Source of the DNA: Eledone cirrhosa
Lineage: Eukaryota
Direction: 5' to 3'
DNA length: 64,000 nucleotides
Assembly: GCA_964016885.1 (NCBI GenBank)
Contig: OZ024743.1
Location: forward strand, 361,026,001-361,090,000
In this document: positions 26,860-41,713 of the stretch, piece by piece
Position numbering within the stretch: position 1 is the first letter of the stretch
How the letters are laid out: each line of letters opens with the position of its first letter
The notes under the pieces: model-generated
Seen by the model: only the letters and a program-made list of their open reading frames with translations
The model's database searches: none
Told to the model about the DNA's origin: nothing
Made by a program: the position numbers and the translations under genes

Positions 26860-27172
26860 TGGGATAACAAATTATCGTTTTAGGTAATCCAGTTAGAGGT
26901 TGTGATTGTCCTGTACTATAGGCAGTTTGAACGTACGGCGTTGTTTGACTCAACAAGATGTTTCCTTAGTTAGGTAGCGAGTTTTTGCGAGAATTCCAAT
27001 GCGGGTTATTCTTGGAGTAATAGTAGTGAAGGAGTGAAGAATAACATGGTCGGCTATACAAAAAAGGTTTTATTTACAGTATTAACAATTGTTTCATTGA
27101 TCAGGTGAGTCTAAAGGCCGGTGATCACTCGACCTTAAATACAGTGTGCGTCTCTGATCATATCATCGGAAT
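26860..27172 (-). mobile_element. Solo pseudo-LTR of the Hydra-like PLE family at 24138-25405
   Basis: Matches 24138-24305 and the reverse complement of 25358-25405. Contains GAAACAATTGT (palindromic stem III-like). Confidence 0.75.
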
Positions 27173-27288
27173 ATATATATATATATATATATAACGAAGG
27201 AAATGTGGTAAGGAACCAGATGGCCCATAATTAGTCGAGAATTAGCCGTCAAAACGGCTTGAGCTGAGCCGTCGGGGTCCCACTCGAT

Positions 27289-27350
<62 letters not shown>

Positions 27351-27359
27351 TATATATAG

Positions 27360-30300
27360 TTAGGGAAGCAGAAGATTACTTATTGTGATCCAGTTCGTGG
27401 TTAAGAAAGCCAGTTTCATGGATGGTTTCAACGTACGGTTAGGCGTAACTCCACAAGTTTGTAAGAATTCCATTCAATCTTGGAGTATAAAGTATAAAAT
27501 GGAAAACACAGGTAAGCATTAAGAGAAGGATTTTATCCAGGTATTTACGTCCGTTTCATTGGTAAGTGCAACCTTATATTGCTATACTGCAAATAGCAGC
27601 CACTCAATGATAATTGTTGTTCACGTCCAAATTTTCAAAAGAGTGAGTAAGTTACTCTTGAAATAGTTCTTAATATATAGAGAAAAATTTTTTTTTAAAT
27701 TGTATTTACTGGTATAGAGAGAGAGGAAGGGGAAATAGAAGGTGAGGGGACAAACGGAAAAGTAGAGAGAGAGAGAGAGGAAGAGGGACAAGAGTTAAGA
27801 AGTAGAGTGACAAACTGAGATGGAGGGAGGCGTAGAGATGGAAGGACTTATTGATCAGTTTTGATATGTAGACTTCATGTCGTCGAATGTGGTGAGTTAA
27901 AGAGAATTAAATTGATCATAGTGGGAGGGATGGATAGAGAGAGAAAGAGATAACTATATATATATAAAATAAAGATAAAGATAATAATGACAAAAATAAA
28001 AGCAAAGAAGGGGGGAGAAAGAAGAAAAGAAAAGATAGCCAAAAAGGGTAGGAAAGGAAGGAAGAAAACGAAGAAATAGAAGAGGAATCAAGGAGAAGGG
28101 AGGGATATAGGTAGTGGTTTTTGTGGGTAATTAAAAGGGTCTAGATACAATAAGAGGGTACAAAGTCTGAGTATATGCAGTTTGTCAGTTGGTAGTAAGA
28201 GGTTAAGGGTTCGATTTGCACTTGTAGTGCGAACACTTTTCTTTGAGTCTATGGCTACAATAAATTGATCTTTCGATTTTATTGTTGAGTAACTTATTCT
28301 TCGAACTCAAATTGTGGAACAGCTCAAGGTCACATAATCGACAGCTTCTCATACCACTCCGATATGGGGGCGCGTTCGATAATTTTTCAACTTCAGTGTG
28401 TATTGATGGTTACTTTCCCTCAGTTGCCAGGTCTTGATTGCAGGGTAGTTACATAACGATGCTGGGAATGTTTCATTGCGTAACGGTGTGTATACCAACG
28501 GGCTTCAAATGTATTCCCAGTCGCTCCGATGTAATACCATTTCGGGAAAATTAGTAAACATATATTAGACACAGTGATAGCACAGATGAAGAATAAACTA
28601 GTGATTAAACTATGGGGTAACGCTACCGAAACAATTAAGTGGTTTAACTATATAGCTAACAAAAATTATTTAAATTTATACAATTTGACATTAACGACTA
28701 TTACTCCTCTATATCCACCAACACCTTGGATAAAGCCTTAGCATTCGCCAAAGCCAATTCTGACCTAACAGACGACGAGATAAAAATCATATTAGCTGCT
28801 AGGAAAACAATAATTAAATTTGAAAACGCCTATTGGGAACGTAAGGATAGATTATATAACTTTGACATCACGATGGGGGCTAACGACTCGGCTCAAGTCA
28901 CAGATTTAGTAGGTATTTACATAGCCAGTAGTTTACAGAGTGAGTTTAGCAACCTTCACGGTGGAATCTACAGAGACAACGCCCTTCTCCTAGTAAAGAA
29001 CCTAAATAACCAAGCATAGAAAGACTCCGTTAGAATATTAGAAAGACTCTCGGGAAACTAGGCCTTAGCATAACGTATGAGCGTAGCACTAAAGCAGTTA
29101 ACTTTTTAGACGCCACGCTTAACCTAAATACGGGACTTATAAGACCTTTTCAGAAGATTAATGAAAACTTAGCATACATCAACTGTAACTCAAACCACCC
29201 ACTATCCATAATTAAATCCATTCCACGCAGCATATCCCTTAGGATTTCCCGCCTTTCGTCTAACCGACAAATCTTCGAGGAACATGCAGAATACTACAAT
29301 ACCGCATTAGACAAGGCAGGACACTTAGATAGAGTAGGATATATATATTAAAGCCTCCGCAAAGCGCACACGAACACGCATAACACAAACTCCAGAAACA
29401 CACGCACACACACACTTACTCATAGAACTACAAAGTATACGGTAAATAGAAATACAACATCGAAATCAAACAAGTCACGCAATAGAAAATATATTTGGTA
29501 TAACCCCATATTTAACACCTCTATTAGTACTAACCTACCCTCTACCTTCTTTATAATAATAAATAAGCACTTTCCAGATTTACATAGATATAGCAAAATC
29601 CTTAACACTAAATCTATTAGACTATCTTACACCACGGCACCAAATATAGAGGCACACATTAAGATGCTTAACGATAAAAAGATACATAACAACACCAGAA
29701 CACAAATTTACAACAATAACAATACAATCACCATTGAACACAACAGAATATCTAATACACAACCACCCACTAATATGCAAACAAAACGTAACACACTTGT
29801 ACAGGCATCGCAGCCCACCAATAATGCCAAAGTTGCCCATGACAAGAATTGTAACTGCCACCAACCTGAAACCTGTCCATTACATAATGAATGTATGCAG
29901 TCTAACCTGGTTTACCAATCAACAGTGGAATCAGACAACTAGAAATGTTATGACATCGGAGCGACTGGGAATATATTTAAAGCCCGTTGGTATACACACC
30001 GTTACGCAATGAAACAGCATCGTTATGTAACTACCCTTGCAAACAATACCTGGCAACTGAGGGAAAGTAACCATCAATACACCCTGAATTGGAAAAAATT
30101 ATCGAACGCGCCCCCATATCGGAATGGTATGAGAAGCTGTCGATTATATGACCTTGAGCTGTTCCACATTTTGAGTTCGAAGAATAAGTTACACAACAAT
30201 AAAATCTAAAGATCAATTTATTGTAACCATAGACTCAAAGAAAGGCTTTCGCACTACAAGTGCAAATCGAACCCTTAACCTCTTACTACCAACTGACAAA

Positions 30301-30998
30301 CTGCATATACTTAGACTATATTCCCTCTTATTGTATCTAAACCCTTTCAATTACCCACAAAAACCAATACCTATATCCCTCCCTTCTCCTTCATTCCTCT
30401 TCTATTTCTTCGTTTTCTTCCTTCCTTCCCTCCCCTTTTTGGCTATCTTTTCTTTTCTTCTTTCTCCCCCCTTCTTTGCTTTTATTTTTGTCATTATTAT
30501 CTTTATCTTTATTTCATATATATATAGTTATCTCTTTATACCCCAATCTCTCTCTCTATCCATCCCTCCCACTATGATAAATTTAATTCTCTTTAACTCA
30601 CTACATTCGACGACATGAAGTCTACATATCAAAACTGATCAAAGAATCCTTCCACCTCTACGCCTCCCTCCATCTCAGTTTATCACACTACTTCCTAACT
30701 CTTCTCCCCCTTCCTCTCTCTCTATACTATTCCGTTTGTCTCCTCACCTTCTAATTCCTCTTCCCCTCTCTCTATACTAGTATATACTATCCCCCAAACA
30801 TCTTTTTCTCTATATATTAAGAACTATTTCAAGAGTAACTTACTCACTCTTTTGAAAATTTGGACGTGAACAACAATTATTATTGAGTGGCTGCTATTTG
30901 CAGTATAGCAATATAAGGTTGCATTTACCAATGAAACCGTCGTAAATACCTGGATAAAATCCTTCTCTTAATGCTTACCTGTGTTTTCTCTTTTATGC
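27360..30998 (+). mobile_element. Hydra-like PLE: truncated RT + GIY-YIG with an inverted 3' duplicate of about 1.2 kb at the 5' side
   Basis: Plus strand from 28544: GKISKHIL..QFDINDYY..FDITMGANDSAQVTDLVGIY..IYRD..NFLD..SNHP; linker CNCHQPETCPLHNEC..VY; IGATGNIFKARW..H; CRL..E. 27490-28543 is the reverse complement of 29942-30990. Confidence 0.9.
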
Positions 30999-31011
30999 TA
31001 TATATATATAT

Positions 31012-31200
31012 CAAGGTGTGTCAAAATCCAGTTGTCCCTCACACGCAAAAGTTGTGTTTCGGCACGATAGTGCAAAATTTGTGCAACTCGATTTAGATAT
31101 CATTTGCTTAAGCCTTTCCCAACGTATGTATTCATCGTCGATTTGAATTTGAATTTGTCGTTCAAGTTCTGACATTTCCTCAACTGTGAAAAATCTTCAG
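31012..31200 (+). mobile_element. Possible Tc1/mariner-type MITE end
   Basis: Begins CAAGGTGTGTCAAAA directly after a TA run, resembling mariner TIRs. No matching second TIR found. Confidence 0.3.
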
Positions 31201-32439
31201 AAAATCCATTGTCTGAAGCCTTTATTGCCGGCTATCGTTAACATTACTCTAATTCCACAACAGATTATGTTTGTAGATAAGTAAATGAATTGGATATATA
31301 GATTTTGTTTTACCGACTTTATATACCTTAGATAAAACAGACTAGTGCATTCAAATATAATTTATTGCATATTCACAGAGTTTAAAAAATACTATTTGTT
31401 TATCTTTCATTTTAAATTAGTGAAATGTAGTTAAACTCTTCATCGTTTAAAGAAATGTGTGGGTATTTTGAATTAATAATAAAGCTATTATCGGAGTTAG
31501 CATGAAGATCATGTAAACATCACAAATATGTATACAGCACTTACAAATAATTTTGTATCAATATTAATAAAATAAATTTTGTATCAATAAAATTCATAAA
31601 ATAAATAATGGCATACTTTTAACCAATGATTACGGTTATAATCAGCAACACCAACACCAACACCACCGTCATGGCCACCATTATAGCCACCACATACCAT
31701 CACCACCACCACTAGCAACAACAACAACAACAACAACAAATCAACAACACTGATACAAAAAAAACAACACCAACCAGCAATAACGACGTTGTGAGCTTTC
31801 AAATAAATTGTTTATAAACATGAATGCGTTCCTTCCTAATCCAATTGAAAATAATTTGAGAGGAAAAGTATTATTACACTAGTAACATGTTTCGTTTGAT
31901 TTCTTTGCAAGAAAATCAAAAACAATGTTACAAATGAACGGAAATTACTAATCAATAAAACCTGTAATATTTGCAGCAAAAGCAACATAGATTGGGTGAT
32001 CCTACTTAACCAAATAATTATTCTAAAATTAGGATTATTGTAAATAGAAAATGTGATTAAATGATCAAACTAACATTTAGCACGAAAAGCTTGAATATAT
32101 AGATATACATTTCTATTCATGAATCACTCTGACAATATAATACTATAATATCTTCGCTAGTAAACATAAATGGCTTCCTTCGTAATCTTCCTATCAAGCT
32201 GTAAAAACAAAATTCATAAGTACTCAACTAAATTAATTATTTGTTGATTTTGACAAACACTAATATAAGCTGATTCAGCAAAATTGCCATAGAGAAAGGC
32301 TCACACTCGCTTTAGAAACTAATAAAACGCACGCACACAAAGAACAAATATATACAGATATATACAGATATATATAATATATACAAATATATACAGATAT
32401 ACATAAATTTCAAACTAAAACATTGATATGTATATTTAC

Positions 32440-32625
32440 GTACGGTTGAAGCATCATAGTAAGAGCATCAGATAAATATGTTTGTGGTATTGCCATTTAC
32501 ATTCTCAACTCAAATCCCACCAGAGCCTTCTGTGCCTTTCATCCTTATAGAGTCGATGAAATAAATGCAAAACGATATTTAATATAATCAACTTCTTCAA
32601 TATATGACTTGGTACCAATGTTATT
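32440..32625 (+). mobile_element. Old degenerate SINE copy
   Basis: CTCAAATCCCACC..TGCCTTTCATCCTTATAGAGTCGATGAAATAAA. Confidence 0.6.
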
Positions 32626-33904
32626 AATTTATATATAGCTATTATAGTTATCATGAATACATATTGCTTTCCTCAAGCTAACTTCAGACCAACATACACA
32701 ACGCCGTACAATCTACGTTAACAGTAACGATAGAAAGATTACATACACACTGACAATAAAACGTTTACTAAAGTAGATGTTCATATGGATGCCAGTAGAG
32801 GAATAAATATGCATGCTTAATAAAAGGTCTTACCTTTTCCTAAACACATTCATTCTTGTTGCATACACTTGCATACACACATACATATATAGAGTCATGC
32901 TCCATTACGGAAAATAGAACTCCGTATCTTTCTAATTCTGGCCGAGTATTTTATGCCAGAAAGCTAAGTGACAACAAACAGCAAATACCCTCAAATTTAG
33001 ATAGCTATACTGAACAGGTTGTATCCTAGAACCGAATATAAATAAGTCTTATGAATTATTGACGCACTCTTTGCTAACCTATACATTTTGAACCCCACCG
33101 TTCATTGCCTAGAACATGACACACATAATACATCACTCCACAATTCCCCAGTACATTGACGTGTAAGTGCACTAGTTAATGTATCCAAAGGAGTGCTGGG
33201 TACCACAATTTCTCTTAGATAGTTCCCCCAACTTCTGCTAACATCACACTTTCTTCTTTAATACCTATTATCCTTCCACCCTACATATTATTATCCGAAT
33301 TAAGCGTCCCCCAGTATCTAAAATTCGATTATCACATTTACGTGTGATGAGCTTCTTTCTTTCTTTATTTATTTATGTATTTATCTATTTTCTCTATTCA
33401 TCTGTTTCATGTTTGCAGGACCATATATATAAGTTTATATGTGAGCACTGATGCGTATGTTTGAGAATCTGCCTCCTTTTGTGCGTATGTGGGTGAGAAA
33501 TCGTTCACGTGCACTTGTATGTATATGGATATACTATAGCTATATGACCATGTATCCATTGGGGGAATAAAACGATGCGAACCCACTATATTAAGGCCTG
33601 CCTTGCACACACGCTCATAGCCATACTCACACTATTTAGCTTAAACTCACCCTCTCTTCCATTTGTTTCACTGCTTAGTTAAAACAAAAATTCACTAAAA
33701 CCCTACTGACTCCAAAGTGATAGGGATAGGGGAAAGATAATCGTCGTTACTCTCTAAAAGTTACCGATGGATGTATACAGATAACAAAAAATTAATCAAC
33801 TTGCAAGAATCATTTGATTTACACTATCTTTAAGAGCTAGGGTGAATGAACACTTTAGGACACTGCCGCAATTTCACCTCCTACTACCACTTAGCTCCTA
33901 CTCC

Positions 33905-34190
33905 CCTGCCTCTTCAATGCACTTCTCCTGTAGTTGCCTCAGAGAGAAGACTATGTATGTTGTCCCCCTGCCTCTGCTAAAGTCAGATTCAAGCAGAACA
34001 TTGCCAGTGATATTATCAAGCAATCTGGCCAGCATGGCCTTACACAAGTCTTTTCCCACAACTGACAGGAGTGCAATCCCACGATAATTACCACAAATGT
34101 ACTTTGCAACCTTTCATTTATAAACACCACAGTTAATTCATCTTTCCAGTCTTGGTGAACGCTTTCCTCCACCCAAACCCTACGTATTAG
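33905..34190 (-). mobile_element. RTE (BovB-like) RT fragment
   Basis: QDWKD..GNYRGIALLSVVGK..LARL..RGRGTT.IVFSLRQLQEKCIE across frameshifts. Confidence 0.8.
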
Positions 34191-36949
34191 GATTGTATGA
34201 AGTAGAAGAAAAACTTTGAAAAAATACATGTAAAATGTTAAACATAATATTATATACGCCGACATGTGGTTCGTATATTCACATATATACAAATCGTATT
34301 CATATAAATACGAGACTAATCCTAGAAACCAGCATATACATGGACGCAAACATACTCCAACGTAGCATATGCTATATTAGAGCAAAGGAACATGAGATAT
34401 TTCTGTCAAAAAGTAGAATGCATTCTGCATATTTTAATCGTAATAATCACAAATACTGATTTGTAACGAGGGTTGGCTGCATAACCATTAATTTTTACAT
34501 TAAACCTTTTATTCTTTTGCTTTGTTTTTCAAGGATGCATTGTTGTTTTCTTCACTAGCTAATCGCAACAGATGAAAGGAAATCCAAAAGCAGTCAAATA
34601 TATAGAACAAAAGTGTAGATGATAGAGTAGGGTTGGTTTTTAGAAGAGAACAGGTCATTAACTTCACGAACAATGAAAGCTTTACAAGATAATATCTCTT
34701 TCAGAATATTGCATCCATTAGTATATAAAAGTGGCTTTGGAAAGGGAAATCATAGGAATTAATTAATTAATTAAGCAACGAAATTACTCCTTACCCCCAT
34801 TAAAGCAGCATTTCATGCGATTAGTTCTGTTATATATTTCGCTCAATTTACGGTTCAAGAGGTGTCCGTCAGTTGGAGGTTTTGAAAGAATACGTTGCCC
34901 AGCTAGGTAAAAATTACTTGCTAATGCCATATTTTTAAAAATAATACATTGTTCACTGTATTTTCTCTATCCGGGTAACATCTTTTGTCCATTTGCCAAA
35001 CTCTGAATCATTATCTGAAATACCAAAAGAATGAAAGCTCTCTTCATTGTAATATGAATCGTTACGATAATAAAACCCATTGTTCTATTCTTTTTATATT
35101 TTTTAATATTTATTTTTCATTCGTTAACGATTCTATTGGGAGTGTGGGGATTGGAAAAGAGTTGAATATTTCATTTCTTTATTTTTATATTTCTACGTTT
35201 GCTTTTATAAACTTATATCTTTATATTTACTCATATACTACATATTTACTTATTATGTTGTAAAAGTATTTTTAGACTTCAAAAGATCAATATTTTATCT
35301 GACAATCTTGTAAACAAGTGAGAAAATATAAGATAGTTTTCTAAATGTTAGTTCGACATATACCTATATATAAATATATTTCTTTCAACATAGTTCAACA
35401 TATCGGTGAAAGATGCTTTTTGTTACGCGAGAGAGCACATTTATCATTCTTAAATATCTCCTCTTTTGTAATGCAGCTGAATACTACAACAGGTTATCTC
35501 AACACAATTTGTTGTTTCGCCCCATATCAGCCATGATCGAAAACACTTTGTATAATGAAATCTGCCGCTTTTATGAGCATATATTTTCTATAATAGCCTT
35601 TAATGGAAGGCAATGTGTTGTGATTTCGATGATATTGCTAGTAAGCTAGCAAAATCAGTAGGCTAGCTGAGATAATGTGGCGTTACAAGGAGGTAAATCA
35701 TGTTAAAAGGAGATACAGGATGCAGACGGGTGTATCCTTAAACAGAATGCTGTTGTTCTAGTTGAGTTCATATCGCCTATAAAGCAGGGCTTATCAAAGC
35801 ATTTTTCTATGATATGATACCCTTATTTTAGGCACCCGGATATATCATCAACTCCGTACGTTCTTTTGTAAATCAGCACGGTACAATATGATATATATTC
35901 TGTTATTTCATGAAGGTTGAGTAGCCCTGTGGATATGTTATGGTTTAAAAGAACTGGAAGATTATATGTCAAAGAGCGGAATTCAAAATCATGAATGACG
36001 AAACGTGTAGAATGTACTTCAAGTCTCTAACTCCTACCTGAAACAACATTCCATTGTAACATCTAATATCATTTGGTTGGGAATATCGTAATATTAATGG
36101 TAGCCATGGTATTTGATGTATGCCCTAAAGTACAAAATAAATAACTAAATATCGTTGCTCATATAAGTTGTATGATATTTGAGAAAAGCAGCGTATGTCA
36201 CACCAGAGAAAGTTTAGATGCGAAATATGAACGTTTAAACCATTCTCTCTTTCCCTATACTCAGAAAGAAATTTTCTATTCATATATTAGAAATTACATT
36301 ATAACACATATTTATGTCTGCACCCTGGAATGATGTGAGCAGTTATTTCAGCGAAAGTTGTAAATATATTATGCTATAATTATGCATGAATGTTTATTCA
36401 AAGAAATGTGAAAATGTTTCCATCAGAATAGTAATAAAAAATGCATATATTTGGATAGAGGTTTACTCAGAGAGTTCTCTGAATTTGGATGCAATAGTAT
36501 TTGCATATTTGGTCCTGACTTCGTTATCCACCAATCCTTCCCAATTTATCCTGTGGTTGACCTGAACCTTCCAGTTTTGTGAGATATTTGGCTGAAGATA
36601 GTCTTACGCTGCAGATAACTAGATGGTGATCAGTTAACAACTCAGCCCCTCTCTTAACATGAACATCTTACACAGACTCAAAGGGATCAGAGAAAATAAC
36701 AAAATCAATTATTGATCTCTGGCTTTGATTCCCCTTATACCATGTATATTAATGTATGTATCTGTGTTGGAATACGGTGTTCATAATAGAGAGACCTTAG
36801 CAAGAACAGAAGATTAATAAGGCCTCGGCATTCGTATTTAGATCGGGATTACCGTTCCAATCATTCCTCGCCATGTCAGGTGGTCAGGGCCAACAAGTGC
36901 ATTGACATCTCCCATTAGGTTATATTACACAGACTTAACTACACCTGAC

Positions 36950-37765
36950 ATTACAGTAACATCCTCAATGAATTATCTGTATTCAAACTCCTTATTTGCT
37001 GCATCAAATTGCACCACACAGAGACCTATTTTCAGTCTATGCTTCAAATCCCCCCTCCTAATGATATCCAGTTCATAACACATTCTGATATCTGGGGGCT
37101 TATCAGTGTCACCATTCTCGGCTGCGCAGGCATTTATCAAACCTGCGAAGACTAGGTTTCTTAGAGATTGTTTTTACTATTCTCGTCTTATCTACATCGG
37201 TCGGTTATAAGAGCTTTCTTGGGAGTTACAGGTGTTACCATTGCTTCATCTTTACGAGTACTTAGCGGCTGTTGGTCCGGGATTGTTTATTCTTCCGGCA
37301 GCTGCCAGCTTATATCGCAATTAACCATTATATCTGGTAACCATATCGCCATCCATCACCTGCGACATGTTCTCTAGCAGAGCAGTTCTATCGAGAAGGT
37401 GGTCATATTCGTCACCAATCAAGTACGTTAACAACTCGCGAGAACGAGGCTTTTATAAAGGCGGCCTTTATTCATCTCGCCATAGCTGAGTTGTCAGGAT
37501 GTTCTCGGGAGCTACAGGTGTTGTCCTTTGCTCCATCTCCCCAAGACGTTTACCACTGTTGGTTCGAGGTTGCTTATTCGTCCGGCAGCTTATATCGCAA
37601 CTAACCATCATATCTCGTGGGCGTTTCACTATCTGGCACCTGCGATCCATTCTCGGCAGAAGAGTTCTGTTGATAATCCGAATACAGACCAGCAGATAAA
37701 ATGTTCTGGCGGACAATCTGCCGACTTCTTTATCAGGATTGTCTAGTGTTCTACTCTCTTTAGAT
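36950..37765 (-). mobile_element. Inverted and rearranged 5' parts of an RTE element (APE and post-APE pieces, one segment duplicated)
   Basis: LISPQISECVMNWISLG..RSLCVVQFDAANKEFEY (APE-like) at about 36960-37130. 37180-37390 and 37470-37670 are diverged tandem duplicates. Confidence 0.6.
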
Positions 37766-38845
37766 AGCTGCATCCTCTTGAGGTGGAGAGAATATATTAC
37801 TGATCTCCTACACCCGATCACATTAGCATATTCGGATGTACACGAGAATTTCATGCAGAATTTCACAGGAGCAATTAAAAACCTCAAACATGGCAAGGCC
37901 ACTGGTGAGGATAAAATTCGGCCCAAGACTCTACATGCCTTAACTAGATAAGGTATTCTCTGACTGAATCGTGTGTGCCGAATGGGCTAAATCTTTGGAA
38001 AGGCACCTAAGCACTGGCAATCGGGAGTAATACTCCCGATTGTCAAAAAGTGTGACAAGAGAGATTACTCCAATTATAGAGGGATCTCCTAGCTAAGTAT
38101 CCCCGATAAAGGCCATGTTAAGTGTGTGGTAATGAGATGTAGGAAGATGTTTTAGTCCAATCAGGCTGATGAACGATGTGGCTTTCGCTCCGGATGTAGC
38201 ACAGCCGAGCAAATATTCACATTGTGGCAATTCTTCGAGAAATATTTTGATTACTGCAAACAAGTGTTCTCTTGATTTGTTGACTTCGAAAAGGCATGTA
38301 TAATGGAAAGTTCTGCCAGAGTATGAGATTGTTGTTCAGCTTCTTATTGCCGTGATGTCTCTTTACGAATAACCGAGTATTTGTGTTTGGATAAATGGCG
38401 TAAGATCGAAGCCATTCAATGTAGGGGTCGGACTCCGCCAAGGGTGCGTACTGTCACCTCACCTATTGATTATTTACATGAACATGATTGACATGCGTAT
38501 CCGGGTTGGAAGTAATATCACGACAGTTAGGTGTAGAATTAGTCGGTTGGAATTGTGAGATCACATTTCCAATGCTGTGGAAATGTGGTTACAACGACTC
38601 AGGGTAGGCTCCGAGCAGAATGGTTGAATAACATCCATTAGCTCGGCTGGTCTCACTTGGGAATACTGACGGATTAGTTGGAAACGGTTGCAGGAGTGTT
38701 TGAGTATTCTGCACCCACGACCCTCAGTTGTGTTAATGGGCGAAGAAGAAGAAGAAGAAGAAGAAGAAGAAGAAGAAGAAGAAGAAGAAGAAGAAGGAGG
38801 AGGAGGATGAGGAGGAGGAGGAGGAGGAGGAGGAGGAGGAGGATA
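37765..38845 (+). mobile_element. Degenerate RTE (Expander/Rex3-like) 3' part with (GAA)n(GGA)n tail
   Basis: RWREY..GKATGEDKI..NYRGIS..CGFR..FVDFEKA..GLRQGCVLSP..GRLRAEW..GWSHLGI. Tail at 38742-38842. Confidence 0.85.
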
Positions 38846-40027
38846 GAGGTTAAGATGTATGACAATTAGGATTTAGAATATATTTAAGCCTATTTTTGGA
38901 AAGGTTGTCACATATGTATATATAAATAGACGAGTAAATAATTGTATAACCATGGGATTGTTGGAGGTTTCCACTTGTCCATTAATAATTTAATCCTATC
39001 TGATAGCTTCTAATAAGTACCTGCATATCACACCATCATACACATATTGATAAATTTTGGATTCATTTTATACGCGTATATGGCAGACATTTTATTAAAA
39101 ATTTGACAAACAAATTTGCGGCATAAATGAAATAGTTTAGTACAATTTCAATTACGATGTTAAGTCTTGTGTAAAGACGTAAACACGATGTTCTAACTTT
39201 CAGTTTTAATCAGTAAATTGTTGTCATTTTGTAATTAATTAAATAAACGTTTTTATGCTATGATATGTATTCTTCATATATGGTGTATAATCATTTATAA
39301 TGTAAATTCTGTATAGAATACACACCAAGAAAAAACTACTAAAATATGCATTGTTGTGTTACACGAAAGCATTCATACTACCTCCCTCTGACAACCCTGA
39401 AGTGTAGTTTTTGACGGTGTTGGTATTTAGTTCATCTAACCTCTGGAAATATGACTCTTGAAAAACCCCTTACATTATATCTTGTTCACTCATCCTCATT
39501 GTGTCGATATCACTTCCAAAAACACTCAGGAAGAAACGATGCAGGCCGCAGAAACTTGTTTAGAATCAATGAAGTCAAAAGAAACTTAAAAATCCTACCA
39601 GGCGCGGATGTATTTTCGATAATAATACAATAAAGTAAAATTAAATTGCTCTATTTTCCCTAGAAAATACGATACTGAAAATTATTCCGGCCTACCATAC
39701 ATAGGCATACCTGGAAGACAAAAACAAAAAAACAAAAGACCGTTTGAACTCCGACGTACACGGTTTATCCCTCCCTGTTTTTTGTTTCATATAAACTTAC
39801 ATCAGAACTCACATACAATCAGCTGGAAGTAAAGAAAGGATTGCACTTTGTCCTGATTCTGAAAATATTGCACTTACATTTAACAACCCTTATATCATGA
39901 TTTACTACTCAATCCTGATTTCGTGAAGAACAACTTCCCAAAATATCGAAGGAAAAATGAACCCGTATACTTGGTAAATTCTTAACGCAACTAAAGAGAA
40001 GGTGTTTCAGTATTCAGGCATATAATA

Positions 40028-40213
40028 ATATAATTGTTTCTACTTTTGTCACAAGGCCAGTAATTCACCAGTGCATTACTGGTACTTTATTTTATCGACC
40101 CCGTAAGGATGAAAGGCAAAGTCAACCTCGGCGGGATTTGAACTCAGATCGTAAAGGGACGTAACTATGCTGGAAAGCATGGCGTCCGACCCTCTACCGA
40201 TACTGCCAATCCA
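40028..40213 (-). mobile_element. tRNA-derived SINE
   Basis: Reverse complement of the 18543-18737 type. Confidence 0.9.
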
Positions 40214-41657
40214 AACGTTGCCTATGCAGACCATAGTATTCACATTCATATAAAATACTCGATAAGAAACTGGTTCAACTCACTGAGATTATCTGGATAT
40301 AAAAGCTTTTTCAATTAGAATGTATAGATGGATTGTATCTTTATGATACGGTAATCGGATTAAGACACCTTTCTCAGTATTATATATTACGGAAGGGATT
40401 TAACAATATAGTCGAGTCTTAATCACAATGCAAAGTCGTGGCACCGTTGTGTGGTATAAAAAGAAAAGGATTGAGGAAAATATTGATATATCGGTCTGCT
40501 TGCCTAACTAATTTTTGTTTTGTTGTACTGCAGCTTCATTTTAAAAACTATCAGGTATGGTTTTGCCTTTCATTGTCAAAGTGAATACAACACACGAATA
40601 TACTCCTCTGACCTGGTTCTAATGAAATAATTTATTGTTAATCTTGTGGGTTTAATCAATTAAACGTTTAAGGTCTAACTTACAAATTGTTCATTTTCTT
40701 TATTCAGATGATAAATTGAACAAATGTTAATATATATATCCATTTAAGTTAATTAAATGTCATATGAAGTATATATCTGCAAATGGAACTGTTATATTAT
40801 TGTCAAAAGGAATTACCAACAAGGATATTTCATAGACTAGTATAAACGATTCAAGTGGAATGCTACGAGGTTAAAGCAATTAAACTTTTCTTAAGATAGC
40901 TAATACAGTAAACATGTAGAATATCATTTGCAGTAATATCTAACAGAGAGAAGAATCCACACAGTCTACCGAACATCTTTTAAATTGAAGTATACAAGTA
41001 TCTTGGATATCAAATTTTGCTTTCAATTTAGCAAATTTAGTATATTGCGGAAAATAGGATTTTAGAGAACCTGAAGAAGAAAAGGATTTGTTCTATGTTC
41101 CAATATAAAACAAACAAACAAACAATAGTATTGAATTTTCTAAGTTTTAGATTTGTTTTGATAAACAATAGCTACATTGGATTTCAAATTAAATATATTT
41201 TGGAGATTTGTATGATAAACCTGAAGGCCTTATTATTAAAACGTAAAGTTGGCTTATTTAATTTTCCGTTTCACTTTGGTGCCATCTAGCAAAATTTTAT
41301 ATAATATATCTTTTATAAAATATATCTTTTATAAATCTTAATAATCTTCTCATTTGTTTCAGACGGAGACTTTAGTGTAGTTTACTTAGTGATTTCAATA
41401 GATTTTTCATAAACTACTATGAATCGTACGCTGTCTAATCTTATATTAATTAGATGCGATTTAAACTATAGCTCGTTCGATTCCAGCCTAGCCCTGATTG
41501 AGCAGAACTATAAGCAATATTCTTCCAAATGTGGTTTCAGATGTAATGTAATCCGGACCGAATTTGGTTATCGAGCTAAGGCAAGATTTAATTGAGGCCT
41601 GACAAGTGAGCACGTAGAGAGACTCTCCTCGAGTTTAATTATTTATGTAGATATGCG

Positions 41658-41692
<35 letters not shown>

Positions 41693-41713
41693 GTATACGT
41701 ACAGTTATACAAA

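Noticed and set aside
27360-30998. Large inverted repeats as assembly artefacts
   Set aside because: The arms differ by scattered substitutions and indels, and inverted termini are a known PLE architecture.
35785-35929. hAT-type MITE (CAGGGCT...AGCCCTG)
   Set aside because: The TIR match is short and there is no 8-bp TSD.
38674-38869. Poly-Arg / poly-Leu ORFs
   Set aside because: These are the (GAA)n(GGA)n tail of the RTE element.
40520-41380. Possible small exons (acceptor-like sites near 40533, 40708, 41362; donor-like near 40555)
   Set aside because: No consistent open frame. Such motifs are common in AT-rich DNA and need RNA data.
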